DNA of 62,193 bases from a virus (IMGVR_UViG_3300027736_000047:1-62193); one strand, 5' to 3'; numbered from the stretch's first letter, positions 29,185 to 39,814 are shown. Notes: generated from the sequence alone by a model not told the origin. A program made the numbers and translations.

Positions 29185-31125
29185 GTGGCTAAATATGGCG
29201 TAAATTTTTATGGAGCATCTACATACGGTGCTCTTGCAAAACTTGCTTACTCTGTTGAACCGATGTCTGCTTTGGCATTGGACTTTTCAAGAATATTAGT
29301 TGCTTGGCAAACTCCTCGTGGAACATTTACTCAGGTTCGGTTAGTAAGAAATCAAGCGGGTTACCCCGAGACATCTGAAGATGGGGTAATAATTTTTGAC
29401 GAAAAAGCAACTGAGGGAAATGTTTCCCGTGCTTATTTTGTTGATGGAGAAACTAATCCTACAGATATACCTTTAGTTACAGGAAGACAAACGTACTACC
29501 GTTTTTTTATATTTACAGGTGAAAAAGTATGGAGAACTGCTGGTTCAATATCAACAGTTCTTCCAAAAAATCATGATGCTCAAAAAACTTTTATAAATAC
29601 TTTACCTCGTGTATACACAAGTGCAGAACAGAGTCCGTTTGGAGCAGTAAATACTGCGTCTACTTTATATGACTTTCTAGACGGAATGTTATTTACTCAA
29701 GAAGAGTTCTTAACTAAATTAGATCTATTAAGGCCAAAGCATACTGGATTAGAAACTCCTATTGAATTAGTACCACTAGAAACTGCAAACTACGGCTTAA
29801 CACAAGAACCCACACTTCCAACTAAAAATCAAAAAAGACTTGTGCGTGAAGCACTGTATATGTATTATAGAAAAGGAACTAAACTTGGTTTAGAAACTTA
29901 CTGTGAATCTTTAACTGGATTTGCACCAACAGTAGTGGTGTCTCAAAATCGATTATTAACTGTTCAAGACTCGACCTTTTATAAAGGAATTGGAAATTGG
30001 GTAGCAAGCAATGCAACATTAACCTCAAGTACTGAACAGGTTCCTGATACTAATACTAATCAAATTGATACTGTTTATACTGGAAAAATTGTTGCAAGTA
30101 ATTCTGGAAGTATGGTGCTTGGTGCTTCCAACATTATTACTAAAGGAGTACCTGTTAGCCCATCTACTCAATACACCGTGTCTTGTAAATTAAAGTGCCC
30201 AGCAAGTTCTGGTAATATAACTTTATCTGTCAGGTATTACGATAAATATGGAACTGCAACATCGTCTGCAAAGACTGCGTCAGCGGTTGCAGCAAACAAC
30301 ACTTGGAAATCATCAAGCATCACTTCTACATCAGATGCTACTTCAGTATATGCAATTATAACAATTGCGTACAGTGCTGCTGGAACATATTACATTGATC
30401 AGGTATGTATGCAGACAGGAGCATCCGCAGTTTATGATGAGGCTCGTAGTATTGATATCTTTTTAAATCCAAAAAAATCTAACTTAATTAAAAATCCATC
30501 TTTTGAAACTAACGTAACAGACAGTTGGACAGCAACTGGTTCACCAACCATAACACAGGATGCTAATGTTTCTGATTTAGCATACTCTGGAATAAAGAGC
30601 GCTAAGGTAGTTGCTACGGGTGCTTGGACACTAAAGTCCAACACAATGCCAATTACAAGAGGTCTCTTTTATACAGCCTCTGGATTATTTAAGGCTACAA
30701 CAAGTTTAACTGTAAGTTTAGTAGCAAGAAATAGCGGGGGAACTATAGTGGGGGTTAGTACTACGTCTGTTTTAGGAACTGCGGTTAACTGGTCAGAGTT
30801 TACATCCACAATTTTAACGGATGCAACCACATCCACAGCAAGCACTTATGAAATTGTTTTTTCAGGAGGTTCTGGCACATTTTATTTAGATTGCATACAG
30901 TTTGAAAAGAGTCCAACAGCAACAGATTACTTTGATGGTTCCTTGCCTTCAGATTTTGGAGCGGTATGGGAAGGCACCGCACACAACTCCTACTCTCATC
31001 TATACCCAACAAAACCACAGAAGATTCAACGTCTAGGTAAGACTTTAGTTGACTGGGTTCCTCAGAATACCTTTTGGCGCCTACGCACATACGGCGGAGT
31101 GGAGTACACGACCACGACGGTGTAG
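29185..31125 (+). CDS. Baseplate wedge/tail protein (P2 gpI-like) with carbohydrate-binding-like domains
   Basis: LPRVY, Y.RKGT..GL motif; NLIKNPSFE CBM-like domains; YFDG. Confidence 0.75.
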   Translation: MAKYGVNFYGASTYGALAKLAYSVEPMSALALDFSRILVAWQTPRGTFTQVRLVRNQAGYPETSEDGVIIFDEKATEGNVSRAYFVDGETNPTDIPLVTGRQTYYRFFIFTGEKVWRTAGSISTVLPKNHDAQKTFINTLPRVYTSAEQSPFGAVNTASTLYDFLDGMLFTQEEFLTKLDLLRPKHTGLETPIELVPLETANYGLTQEPTLPTKNQKRLVREALYMYYRKGTKLGLETYCESLTGFAPTVVVSQNRLLTVQDSTFYKGIGNWVASNATLTSSTEQVPDTNTNQIDTVYTGKIVASNSGSMVLGASNIITKGVPVSPSTQYTVSCKLKCPASSGNITLSVRYYDKYGTATSSAKTASAVAANNTWKSSSITSTSDATSVYAIITIAYSAAGTYYIDQVCMQTGASAVYDEARSIDIFLNPKKSNLIKNPSFETNVTDSWTATGSPTITQDANVSDLAYSGIKSAKVVATGAWTLKSNTMPITRGLFYTASGLFKATTSLTVSLVARNSGGTIVGVSTTSVLGTAVNWSEFTSTILTDATTSTASTYEIVFSGGSGTFYLDCIQFEKSPTATDYFDGSLPSDFGAVWEGTAHNSYSHLYPTKPQKIQRLGKTLVDWVPQNTFWRLRTYGGVEYTTTTV

Positions 31126-31128
31126 GAT
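31123..31128 (+). promoter_or_regulatory. -10 box (TAGGAT) of a probable leaderless transcript
   Basis: 7 nt upstream of ATG 31136; no SD. Confidence 0.55.
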
Positions 31129-31135
31129 CCTGTCT

Positions 31136-31417
31136 ATGACTATAGACATGGTTATATCCGTACTACTCACAGGAATGGCAGTTACTTATGTAATTGAATT
31201 CCTAGATTTATTTATTTCTGGCTTTATTACTAAGCCAACATTAAACAAATACTTTGCACTTCCTCTTAGTTTCTTGGGGCTTTGGTCACACTTAAGTGTG
31301 GAGACTGATTTTATAGTGCTAGTTCCGTCAGCAACATTTGTTTCATTAGCCATTGGCATGTATCTTAATCGTCCAGTAGTTGTAAAGGCACCTACTAGAT
31401 TATCTCAAACTCTATAG
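31136..31417 (+). CDS. Small membrane protein, holin-like
   Basis: Three hydrophobic segments in 93 aa; follows tail module. Confidence 0.5.
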   Translation: MTIDMVISVLLTGMAVTYVIEFLDLFISGFITKPTLNKYFALPLSFLGLWSHLSVETDFIVLVPSATFVSLAIGMYLNRPVVVKAPTRLSQTL

Positions 31418-31425
31418 GGGGCTAA

Positions 31426-32004
31426 GTGAATATTGCTGTTGTTTCTTTTGAAGACGTATGTGTTGATGATGGAGTAACTGCTCTTCTAAATAAATACGGC
31501 AAAGAAGTTACTGTATTTATTCCAGTAACGGGAAATGAAAATCATTTTGCAGAGAGTGTTATAAGCATATGTAAAGAGCATGGGGTAAAGACCACATGCT
31601 TTATAGCCAATGCAACAGACCTTGATCACATACTGGTCGATGCTGACGACATTGTTATAACCGATAATCCTGTAAAGGAAATGATTCGTCAAATAACTCT
31701 CAATGATGTCTTAGGCATTGTTTGGGATAACTCTCCCATGTCCCACTTTATCTTGAGCGCCGTGGAAGATTTCGGTATCGAGACGTGGGACATAACCGAT
31801 GGACTTGATAAGATAGAAGTTGATTACACAGATGAACCAGTTGATATTATTCGGGAACGAATGATTGAGAGCATGAATGTCTTTGTGGAAAACATGGCTG
31901 ACTACGTCATGACATCTGTTCTCGACGTACTATCTGATGAAGTGGCCAAACGCCTTTTGGAAGATGGGAAGGAAATAGATCCGTTTAAGGATAACGACCT
32001 GTGA
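31426..32004 (+). CDS. Hypothetical acidic alpha/beta protein
   Basis: AGGGGG RBS, GTG start; no motif recognised. Confidence 0.6.
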   Translation: MNIAVVSFEDVCVDDGVTALLNKYGKEVTVFIPVTGNENHFAESVISICKEHGVKTTCFIANATDLDHILVDADDIVITDNPVKEMIRQITLNDVLGIVWDNSPMSHFILSAVEDFGIETWDITDGLDKIEVDYTDEPVDIIRERMIESMNVFVENMADYVMTSVLDVLSDEVAKRLLEDGKEIDPFKDNDL

Positions 32005-32957
32005 AAATCCCTTCAGAGGCTTTTTTAGCCCCACTGACCGATTATCAGTTCCGACTGATGGTTGTAATCTGCCAGTTAGCAGGCTCCAAAGGTCGTTTTA
32101 AGACCTCCGTAGCGGAGTTGTGTAGACAGACTAACAAAAGTTCAGACCGAACCGTTAGAACAGCCCTCAAAGCCCTAGAGAAGCATGGGCTTATACTTCG
32201 AACACCGAACAAAAGGGCTAACGGATTTAAAGGAATGGACACTTACGAGGTGGTGTATAAAAATTACCGCACTGAGAATTACCGCACCTCACATGACTAT
32301 AAGTCAGATAGCCAATCTACCATTAAGCCATTAGTACCTAATAGACAAATAAGTAATAAATTAAAAGATATTGAAACCAAAGGTTTCATGAGAGAGATAC
32401 GAGTACCTATGAGAAAATGGGAAGATGATGGAAATGATCTGGCAGGCTTTGGACTCGTCGAACCGAAAGATGCGACACAGCCTAAGATCCGCAAATCCGA
32501 TCCTAAGACTAGGGGACGACGACCAGAGCATGAGTGGACCCCGATGGATGTCGCTGCAGAGTTTTCTTTTTGTGTCGGCAGGAAATACCCCTTACTCCCT
32601 GGAACAGTTAGCGTCAAGCAACTCTCAGGAGCAATTGCCAAATTTAGAAAGCAGTACGACACCAACGCCCTAATTGAGTTAGAGTTGCTACGACTCTTCA
32701 TGGCAGATGAACGAAACTTTAAAGACATTGGCAGTGAGGCTCCGCTTCTGTATAAGATGTACCTATCTTCATTTGGCAAGAAGATGAATCAAGCCAGAGA
32801 AAATCTTGGCTTAAATAAAATTAACGCCCCCATCAATACATCAGTTAAGATGGGGACACTACAAGCAAGTGATGGAAGAACTTTCCAGAATTCACTTTCT
32901 GGTAGAGCACAACTAGTAAGATACGAACAACGACTAAAGGAGAATGCAAATGGCTAA
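32001..32957 (+). CDS. Replication initiator-like protein with N-terminal winged HTH
   Basis: SVAELCRQT...SDRTVRTALKALEKHGLI HTH; internal direct repeats; upstream of DnaC-like ATPase and DnaB. Confidence 0.65.
   Translation: MKIPSEAFLAPLTDYQFRLMVVICQLAGSKGRFKTSVAELCRQTNKSSDRTVRTALKALEKHGLILRTPNKRANGFKGMDTYEVVYKNYRTENYRTSHDYKSDSQSTIKPLVPNRQISNKLKDIETKGFMREIRVPMRKWEDDGNDLAGFGLVEPKDATQPKIRKSDPKTRGRRPEHEWTPMDVAAEFSFCVGRKYPLLPGTVSVKQLSGAIAKFRKQYDTNALIELELLRLFMADERNFKDIGSEAPLLYKMYLSSFGKKMNQARENLGLNKINAPINTSVKMGTLQASDGRTFQNSLSGRAQLVRYEQRLKENANG
32262..32287 (+). repeat. Iteron-like direct repeat AATTACCGCAC x2
   Basis: 32262-32272 and 32277-32287, followed by an AT-rich tract at ~32340-32375. Confidence 0.6.
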
Positions 32958-33234
32958 AAAGGTAGTAAAGACATTTACTGCAAATTTAAATAAGAACATT
33001 GAAAAGGGTGGCGCATGGATGGGCACTGTTAGCGTTACAACTAACGGCATTGATGGAACAGATGTATTAAATCTGGCGGCATGGTCAAATGCATCAGCAG
33101 GTAAGCGATGGGTCAAGAGCCAAGTGCAAGCACTTACATCCCGCAAGAGCGTAAAGATGATTGCAGGCGAAGGCAAAGACGCAAAGGGCAAGCCAACTTC
33201 ATTTGTTGGTGTTGTAACTTTTAAATCTGAATAA
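32950..33234 (+). CDS. Hypothetical basic protein
   Basis: AAGGAG RBS; coupled to neighbours. Confidence 0.65.
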   Translation: MAKKVVKTFTANLNKNIEKGGAWMGTVSVTTNGIDGTDVLNLAAWSNASAGKRWVKSQVQALTSRKSVKMIAGEGKDAKGKPTSFVGVVTFKSE

Positions 33235-33383
33235 TGCTCGAGTTCAGTTTCTTCTGCCCAAGTTGTAAAGAGAAAGTTCAAGGAGTTGCAACTGAACGAG
33301 ATAGTATGAGTTTGGATTTAAGGTGTTACTCTTGTAATACCGATTGGGAAAAAGTTGTAGTAGATAGAGGGGCAGATGAATAA
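33234..33383 (+). CDS. Small zinc-ribbon protein (49 aa; not in ORF track)
   Basis: CPSC...CYSC; TAATG overlap. Confidence 0.65.
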   Translation: MLEFSFFCPSCKEKVQGVATERDSMSLDLRCYSCNTDWEKVVVDRGADE

Positions 33384-33522
33384 CAGATTAATTTATCCAA
33401 CTAATAATAAAGCGCTTCGATTTTTTGGCGATGTAATGATAATGATTGGTTCCTGGATTCTGCATATAGGTATGCGATACGGCGGTATGTACGAGTACGA
33501 GTTTGAAGACGACGATGTATGA
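33376..33522 (+). CDS. Small membrane protein (48 aa; not in ORF track)
   Basis: GAGGGG RBS; MNNRLIYPTNNKALRFFGDVMIMIGSWILHIGMRYGG... Confidence 0.55.
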   Translation: MNNRLIYPTNNKALRFFGDVMIMIGSWILHIGMRYGGMYEYEFEDDDV

Positions 33523-34237
33523 CATTAATACGCTATCTGCTTTAAAGAAGCACTGGCTACTTCGTAACTCCAATATCCCACGTCGCTTCCTCGGCCTTGA
33601 GCCACAAGACCTTGTGGACAGAGCAGGATCATTCCCTGACGAGGTGACTACGTGGATAGATGACTGCGTGAGCGGTCAGGTCATAAAGCAGATTGGCAAC
33701 ATAGGAGTCAATGGCGTTGGCCTCCTGTTTGATGGCGGACCTGGAATTGGGAAGACAACCCATGCAGTAGTTGCTGCTATGGAGTTTGTACGTAGGCTTC
33801 CTAACAATGATGCCGATGCTGCAAAAGTTTTGGGCATGAGCGCTTCTGACTTTGGTATTGGTGCTAGACCGATTTACTACATGACATACCCAGAATTTTT
33901 ATCAAAGAAAAAATCTACCTTTGATGCAGACTTTGATGATAAGAAACAGGCTGTGTATGAAATTGATGGATTTCACGGCAGATCTAAGTTTGATTGGTTA
34001 AATGTTCGCATTCTTGTAATTGATGACTTAGGAAAAGAATACGGTTCAAAGTACGATGACACCTCATTTGATGAGATACTCCGTCTTAGATACGACAAGG
34101 CTCTACCAACTATCGTTACCACGAATGTTGGGTTAGAGAATTGGGAAGCAGTGTACAAAGAAGCGATGGCAAGTTTTGCTCACGAAGCCTTTGTTAGAGT
34201 CCCAATAGTTGGAGCAGATTTACGAGCCGCACAATGA
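33515..34237 (+). CDS. DnaC/IstB-like AAA+ helicase loader
   Basis: Walker A GGPGIGKT, Walker B LVIDDLGKE, PTIVTTN. Confidence 0.88.
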   Translation: MYDINTLSALKKHWLLRNSNIPRRFLGLEPQDLVDRAGSFPDEVTTWIDDCVSGQVIKQIGNIGVNGVGLLFDGGPGIGKTTHAVVAAMEFVRRLPNNDADAAKVLGMSASDFGIGARPIYYMTYPEFLSKKKSTFDADFDDKKQAVYEIDGFHGRSKFDWLNVRILVIDDLGKEYGSKYDDTSFDEILRLRYDKALPTIVTTNVGLENWEAVYKEAMASFAHEAFVRVPIVGADLRAAQ

Positions 34238-34542
34238 AGGGAATGAGCATGGAGAGCCCATGGAGGACTGTTCAACTGTTTATCTCTTCGCAGGCTGCAG
34301 GTGTCTTTGAAGTTGAAGTAGATACTAAGACTAAGCGCATCAGATGTAATTGCCCCGTCTGGAAAAAGACGCTTAACTGCAAACACATTAACTTTATAAA
34401 TAACAAGATGCGTATGAACAATGGCAACTACTCGATCTTAGTTCCAAGTGAAGTGCCAGAGGAGTTGGCAATAGAAGCAAACGACGATCCAGCAAAATTT
34501 CGTGAGTTTGTTCTTAAGTATGCTAAAGTCGAGGTACTATGA
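34234..34542 (+). CDS. SWIM-type zinc finger protein
   Basis: CNCP.......CKHI. Confidence 0.75.
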   Translation: MKGMSMESPWRTVQLFISSQAAGVFEVEVDTKTKRIRCNCPVWKKTLNCKHINFINNKMRMNNGNYSILVPSEVPEELAIEANDDPAKFREFVLKYAKVEVL

Positions 34543-34955
34543 AAAATGGAGACATATCAAACGTCTCCTCTCCGCAAGTCATTTGTGTAACAGATGTAGT
34601 AATTAACTTAGTCGAAGAAGTAACTGGAAAATTTTTTACAACAAAAGTTAAATATAAATTAGGAGACATACAGTTAGAGGGGGCGCATAGACTTTGGAAG
34701 TTATCTAATGACTACGGCATCTCCCTTGAGTTGGCTGGTTACGCAGACTTAGGTTGGAGTGACGAGTTACTAGAAAAAGCCTTTGAAAAATTAGAACGAG
34801 AAGTTGTTAATCCATTTAACTATTGGCAGTTATACGCTGATCCATCTGAGTTAGTAAGGAAACTTCCATACCGTGCTAATCTTCGAGGCATAGTAGATAT
34901 ACCAGGCAGGGTAGCAAGATACGGATCAGCAGGAGTAGAACTAAAGAACTTGTAA
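34539..34955 (+). CDS. Hypothetical protein (possible degenerate HAD-like fold)
   Basis: M..GDISN start; coupled; no catalytic DxD. Confidence 0.55.
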   Translation: MKNGDISNVSSPQVICVTDVVINLVEEVTGKFFTTKVKYKLGDIQLEGAHRLWKLSNDYGISLELAGYADLGWSDELLEKAFEKLEREVVNPFNYWQLYADPSELVRKLPYRANLRGIVDIPGRVARYGSAGVELKNL

Positions 34956-34967
34956 GAGGGGAGCAAA

Positions 34968-36218
34968 ATGGCGGCGGATAACGAACACCGTTTAGTAAGT
35001 AAAGTAATACGAGACCGAGACATTATCCCTGCATTACAGCGGGGTGTAAATGATGCTTGGTTCTTAGATGATGATAATAAAAGAGTCTGGGCTTTTGTTC
35101 GCAAACATTACACAGATTACAACGAAGTTCCTACAGCAGTAACTGTTAAAGATCATTATCCAAACTTTAAAGTATTAGATGTAGAAGATACTGTTGATTA
35201 CCTCTTAGACACAATGGTGGATTTCCGTCGTCGGTTACTTACTCGTCAAGGATTAGAAGCAGCCATTGGACAACTGCAAGACAATAACCATGACGCTGCT
35301 CTTCTTGCAATGGAAGCAACAATTGCAAGAGTTAATGAACAAGGCATTCTTGGAATTCACGAACTGGATTTAAGTAAGAATACAGAGGAGCGTTACAAAG
35401 AATATAAAGCATTACAAAACCAAGAGTTCTTAGGAATACCTACTGGCTTTACAAAGATTGATGAAGCAACTGCTGGGTTACAAGGCGGACAATTAATTAC
35501 AATAATTGCTCCACCTAAAACAGGTAAATCTCAGATTGCTTTAAAGATGGCAATCAATGTTCATCAACAAGGGTACGTTCCAATGTTTCAATCCTTTGAA
35601 ATGAATAATCACGAACAACAACAACGCCACGATGCTATGAGAGCAAACATATCTCATGGCCGTTTACGTAGGGGAAAATTATTACCACCAGAAGAAGATC
35701 GTTATGTAGATATATTAAACGCTATGGAAAAAGAACGCTCATTCCATTTAATTGACGCAGTCAATGGAATTACGGTCTCAGCATTAGCGGCAAAGATTGA
35801 GCAAACAAAACCAGACATAGTATTTGTTGATGGTGTTTATTTAATGCTTGATGAAATTAGTGGTGAGATGAATACTCCACAGGCTATTACAAACGTAACC
35901 CGTGCTTTAAAACGATTGGCACAAAAGATTAATAAACCAGTAATTATTACTACACAAACTTTGCTTTGGAAGATGCGTGCTGGAAAAGTTACCGCAGATT
36001 CTATTGGTTACTCCTCTTCATTCTTCCAAGATTCAGATGTAATCTTAGGTCTTGAACCAGTAGAAGAAGACGAAGACATTAGATTATTAAAAATTGTTGC
36101 AAGCCGTAACTGTGGCCCAAGTGAAACTGCTTTAACTTGGCGTTGGGAAACAGGTTGTTTTCACGATGAAGAACAGATGTTGAAATGTAGATTCTGCACC
36201 GATTGGAGCAGGGTGTGA
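34968..36218 (+). CDS. dnaB: Replicative DnaB-like helicase
   Basis: GIPTGF, APPKTGKS, SFEM, VFVDGVYL, QDSDVILGL. Confidence 0.92.
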   Translation: MAADNEHRLVSKVIRDRDIIPALQRGVNDAWFLDDDNKRVWAFVRKHYTDYNEVPTAVTVKDHYPNFKVLDVEDTVDYLLDTMVDFRRRLLTRQGLEAAIGQLQDNNHDAALLAMEATIARVNEQGILGIHELDLSKNTEERYKEYKALQNQEFLGIPTGFTKIDEATAGLQGGQLITIIAPPKTGKSQIALKMAINVHQQGYVPMFQSFEMNNHEQQQRHDAMRANISHGRLRRGKLLPPEEDRYVDILNAMEKERSFHLIDAVNGITVSALAAKIEQTKPDIVFVDGVYLMLDEISGEMNTPQAITNVTRALKRLAQKINKPVIITTQTLLWKMRAGKVTADSIGYSSSFFQDSDVILGLEPVEEDEDIRLLKIVASRNCGPSETALTWRWETGCFHDEEQMLKCRFCTDWSRV

Positions 36219-37150
36219 TAGATGTAGAACGTGTCTTACTGTCTTTAGAATTACAACTGTTTGCTCAACGTGGAGCAGAAGTAAATGGTCTCTGTCCTAT
36301 GCATAAAGCCAGAACAGGAAAAGAAGATCACCACCCATCTTGGTGGATTAATTCCGAATCTGGTGCACACATATGTTTTTCTTGTGGGTATAAAGGAAAT
36401 ATTTATACATTAGTTTCTGACATAAAAGGAATTAATTATCATGATGCTCGTGATTATGTAAATGATAAAGAAGATATGCCAATAGATTCTTTAATGAAAA
36501 GAATTCAAGAACTTCCTCAATACGTGCAAGCAGATCCAGAACAAATACCTATGTCGGAGGCTCGACTTGCCGTGTATACCGACGCACCAGATATAGAATT
36601 AAAGAAAAGATTTTTAAAAAGAGAATCAGTAAATACTCACGGTGTTCGTTGGGATACAAAAAATGAATCTTGGATTTTACCAATTAGAGATCCAGATAAT
36701 GCCTCTCTTTGGGGTTGGCAAGAAAAAGGGGCTCGTGGCAGGTTCTTCAAGAACCAACCAGCGGGAGTAAAAAAATCTAAAACTGTATTTGGAGTTCATA
36801 TTATGGATTTGTCTAATGCTTTAATGATTGTTGAATCCCCATTAGATGCAGTCCGTCTTACAGGGTTGGGTCACAATGCCATCTCTACTTTTGGTGCAAT
36901 CATAGGTGAAGATCAGGCAAAAATTATGAGACGTGTTTCTAAAGTTATAGCAGCATTTGATAATGATAAGGCTGGTCATACTGCCAATGAACAAATGCGA
37001 AGTTTTTCTCGAAAATATGGAATGGAACTTTCTTATTTTAATTACACGGGAATTGATGTTAAAGATGTTGGAGATATGGCCGAAGAAGAAATTGAACGAG
37101 GCATACAAACAGCACGAACATCTGTGTTAGGTAAAGCAGCATATCTATGA
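36203..37150 (+). CDS. dnaG: DNA primase (CHC2 zinc finger + TOPRIM)
   Basis: CPMH...CFSC; VESPLD; AFDNDKAG; KDVGD. Confidence 0.9.
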   Translation: MEQGVIDVERVLLSLELQLFAQRGAEVNGLCPMHKARTGKEDHHPSWWINSESGAHICFSCGYKGNIYTLVSDIKGINYHDARDYVNDKEDMPIDSLMKRIQELPQYVQADPEQIPMSEARLAVYTDAPDIELKKRFLKRESVNTHGVRWDTKNESWILPIRDPDNASLWGWQEKGARGRFFKNQPAGVKKSKTVFGVHIMDLSNALMIVESPLDAVRLTGLGHNAISTFGAIIGEDQAKIMRRVSKVIAAFDNDKAGHTANEQMRSFSRKYGMELSYFNYTGIDVKDVGDMAEEEIERGIQTARTSVLGKAAYL

Positions 37151-37320
37151 TGGATCTGCGGGATAAAGATACGCCTTTAGAAGTGTGCATCTGCGGATCT
37201 ACTTTGTGGAATGTAAAAGCAATGTTTGAAGATGGCGAAATTTCTTTATACATGTTAGATATGGAGTGTGCTTTGTGCGGTTCATTAGCAATCGCCCCAA
37301 CGCCAATAGATAATGTTTAA
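37147..37320 (+). CDS. Small zinc-finger protein (57 aa; not in ORF track)
   Basis: VCICGS...MECALCGSLAIAPTPID, a pattern common in actinophages. Confidence 0.7.
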   Translation: MMDLRDKDTPLEVCICGSTLWNVKAMFEDGEISLYMLDMECALCGSLAIAPTPIDNV

Positions 37321-38884
37321 AGGAATTTTAAAACCTTATCAGCCAGAGGCAGTAGACAAAATGATTGCTAGTAAACAGATGTTGGTTGCTTATGAAATGG
37401 GGTTAGGAAAAACTTGCATGACTATTGCAGCCTTAGAAAAATTAAAAGAAAATGGAGAATTAACAAAACCTATTTTAATAATTGCTTTATCTAGTTTAAA
37501 ATATCAATGGGAAAAAGAAATTCAAAAGTTTTCTGACGCAAGAACAGTAGTTATAGACGGTTCAAAAAGTACTCGGTTAATTCGTTGGGATAGAGAACTT
37601 AGTGGAGTACGATCTGCAGATTATATTATTTGTAATTATGAAACAGTTGTTAATGATTGGGACTCTATTAAAGACGAAGACTGGGGAGCGGTTGTGTGCG
37701 ATGAAGCCACAGCCATTAAAGGTTTTAGATCTAAACGTTCAAAGGCTGTTAAAAAATTATCAACAGATGTTCCTATTAGATTTGCCCTTACAGGTACTCC
37801 TATTGAGAATGGTAAGCCCGAAGAGTTATACAGCATTATGCAATTTGTAAATCCAAAATTACTTGGAAGATTTGATTTATTTGATCAAACTTTTATTGTA
37901 AGAAATCATTTTGGTGGTGTTCAAAGATACAGAAATCTACCTATATTTCATGAAAAAATGAAAACAATTTCCGTTAGGAAAGTACAGACAGACCCAGATG
38001 TGGCTCCTTACTTACCCGACACCATTCATTTAGATCCAATAAAAATCTTATTAGATACTAAAACATCATTACTTTATAACTTTATTGCTGATGAATTGAG
38101 TCAAGAATTATATGAGGCACAACAATTACTCGGTGCTAATTTTTCTTTGGTTGCTCATTACGGTCACGATAGTAAGGCTGGAAGTCAAGCAGACATGTTA
38201 CGTGGATCTATTATGTCTAAAATAACTGCACTAAGAATGTTGTGCGATCACCCAGACTTGTTATTAAGTAGTGCTGCAAAATTTCAAAAACAAGAAGGAG
38301 ATGGGAGTGCCTACATATACGGATTAAAAGAAAGAAATTTATTAAACGATTTAACTAAACACCCAAAGTTAGATATACTAAAAACGTATGTATTAGATCA
38401 TTTAGAGACAGATCCAGATGCAAAGGTTGTTATTTTTACTTCCTATGTTGGTATGTTGTCTAAGATTCAGGACGCAGTTAGTGGAACTTTATATACTGGA
38501 AAGATGAATGCTAAAGAAAAAGAAGCAAGTAAAACAAAGTTTTTAACTGATCCAGAGTGTAGAGTATTTATTTCATCGGATGCTGGAGGTTATGGAGTTG
38601 ATTTACCAGTAGCAAACTTATTAGTAAACTATGACTTACCTTGGTCCGCAGGATTAGCGGTACAAAGAAACGGTAGAATAAAACGTGCCTCCAGTAGGTG
38701 GCCTAGTATTGTAATTCAAGATTTAGTGGTAGAGAACTCCATTGAGGAACGTCAACACGAAATGCTACAACAAAAAAATGCTGTTGCAGACGCTGTAATG
38801 GATGGTACAGGCATCAATTCCAAGGGTGGAATTGACCTAACCGTAGGAAGCCTGATAGGTTTCCTACAGAAACAGAGACCTTGA
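37313..38884 (+). CDS. SNF2-family helicase
   Basis: EMGLGKT, CDEA, LTGTPIEN, AGGYGVDL, NYDLPW, QRNGRI. Confidence 0.92.
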   Translation: MFKGILKPYQPEAVDKMIASKQMLVAYEMGLGKTCMTIAALEKLKENGELTKPILIIALSSLKYQWEKEIQKFSDARTVVIDGSKSTRLIRWDRELSGVRSADYIICNYETVVNDWDSIKDEDWGAVVCDEATAIKGFRSKRSKAVKKLSTDVPIRFALTGTPIENGKPEELYSIMQFVNPKLLGRFDLFDQTFIVRNHFGGVQRYRNLPIFHEKMKTISVRKVQTDPDVAPYLPDTIHLDPIKILLDTKTSLLYNFIADELSQELYEAQQLLGANFSLVAHYGHDSKAGSQADMLRGSIMSKITALRMLCDHPDLLLSSAAKFQKQEGDGSAYIYGLKERNLLNDLTKHPKLDILKTYVLDHLETDPDAKVVIFTSYVGMLSKIQDAVSGTLYTGKMNAKEKEASKTKFLTDPECRVFISSDAGGYGVDLPVANLLVNYDLPWSAGLAVQRNGRIKRASSRWPSIVIQDLVVENSIEERQHEMLQQKNAVADAVMDGTGINSKGGIDLTVGSLIGFLQKQRP

Positions 38885-38894
38885 GGGGGTTAAC

Positions 38895-39335
38895 ATGGCA
38901 AGAGTAAAAGAAGAACAATCACGAGTTGCTGGTCAAGACGATTTTGAGACACAGGCTCGCCAATATATATTTGTAAAAAAACAAGTAGACTTTTTTGAAT
39001 CTGAATTAAAAAAATTAAAAGAACAAATATTTGAACACGTAGATACTTCTGGAGAAGTTGATGGCAGCGGTAATTTATTTGTTGAACTTCCTTCTGAAAT
39101 TGAAGGGGTTAAAACAATTCAAAAGCAACGCCGAGTATCTCGTAAGATAAACCCAGAAATGGCAGACAACGTGATTATGTCTAAGGGTCTTGAAAGTGAG
39201 TTGTATAAAACTATTCAGATTATTGATGAAGATGCTTTGATGGCTGCTCTATATGAAGGAAAATTAACTGAAGAAGAAATAGAATTAATGTATCCAGAAA
39301 AAGTTGTTTGGGCTTTAATACTAAATAAGAACTAA
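38895..39335 (+). CDS. Hypothetical replication-module protein
   Basis: N-terminal coiled coil; GAGGGGG RBS. Confidence 0.6.
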   Translation: MARVKEEQSRVAGQDDFETQARQYIFVKKQVDFFESELKKLKEQIFEHVDTSGEVDGSGNLFVELPSEIEGVKTIQKQRRVSRKINPEMADNVIMSKGLESELYKTIQIIDEDALMAALYEGKLTEEEIELMYPEKVVWALILNKN

Positions 39336-39337
39336 CT

Positions 39338-39814
39338 ATGGCTGGATTACGTGGAAATGATGAGATAGAGGCAGCATTTGCTGACCTTGAATACATCCCT
39401 GGTTCTAAGAAGAAACGCAGAGAAATAGATCCAAAGGTTTCTCGCCGTAAAAGCGGTGAGAATAATGGTTGGGATTCAAACCCCATCATTAAAACATTAG
39501 CGGGTAAAGAAACTCAGGTATTCACTATCGGTGCATTAGCACAAGCGTTAGAGAAAACCATTGTCACAATCCGTTTATGGGAACGCAAGGGGTTTATTCC
39601 CCGTGCACCGTATAGGCTTAGGGCTAAGACTGTAAAAGGTCAAAAGACTGGTGGCAATAGGGTGTATACAAGAGAGTTAATTGAGTCTGCTGTTGAAGAA
39701 TTCAACAAGCGTGGCTTGATAGGAACTGCTCGTGTAGAGTGGAACCAACACGAAGATCTAACCGATGCTTTAATAAAGCGTTGGAAAGAAACAATAAACC
39801 AAGAGAGCCAGTAG
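39338..39814 (+). CDS. MerR-like HTH DNA-binding protein
   Basis: FTIGALAQALEKTIVTIRLWERKGFIP...NRVYT. Confidence 0.78.
   Translation: MAGLRGNDEIEAAFADLEYIPGSKKKRREIDPKVSRRKSGENNGWDSNPIIKTLAGKETQVFTIGALAQALEKTIVTIRLWERKGFIPRAPYRLRAKTVKGQKTGGNRVYTRELIESAVEEFNKRGLIGTARVEWNQHEDLTDALIKRWKETINQESQ

Noticed and set aside
32297-32779. 160 aa minus-strand ORF
   Set aside because: Fully antisense to the initiator gene, with no RBS or recognisable motif
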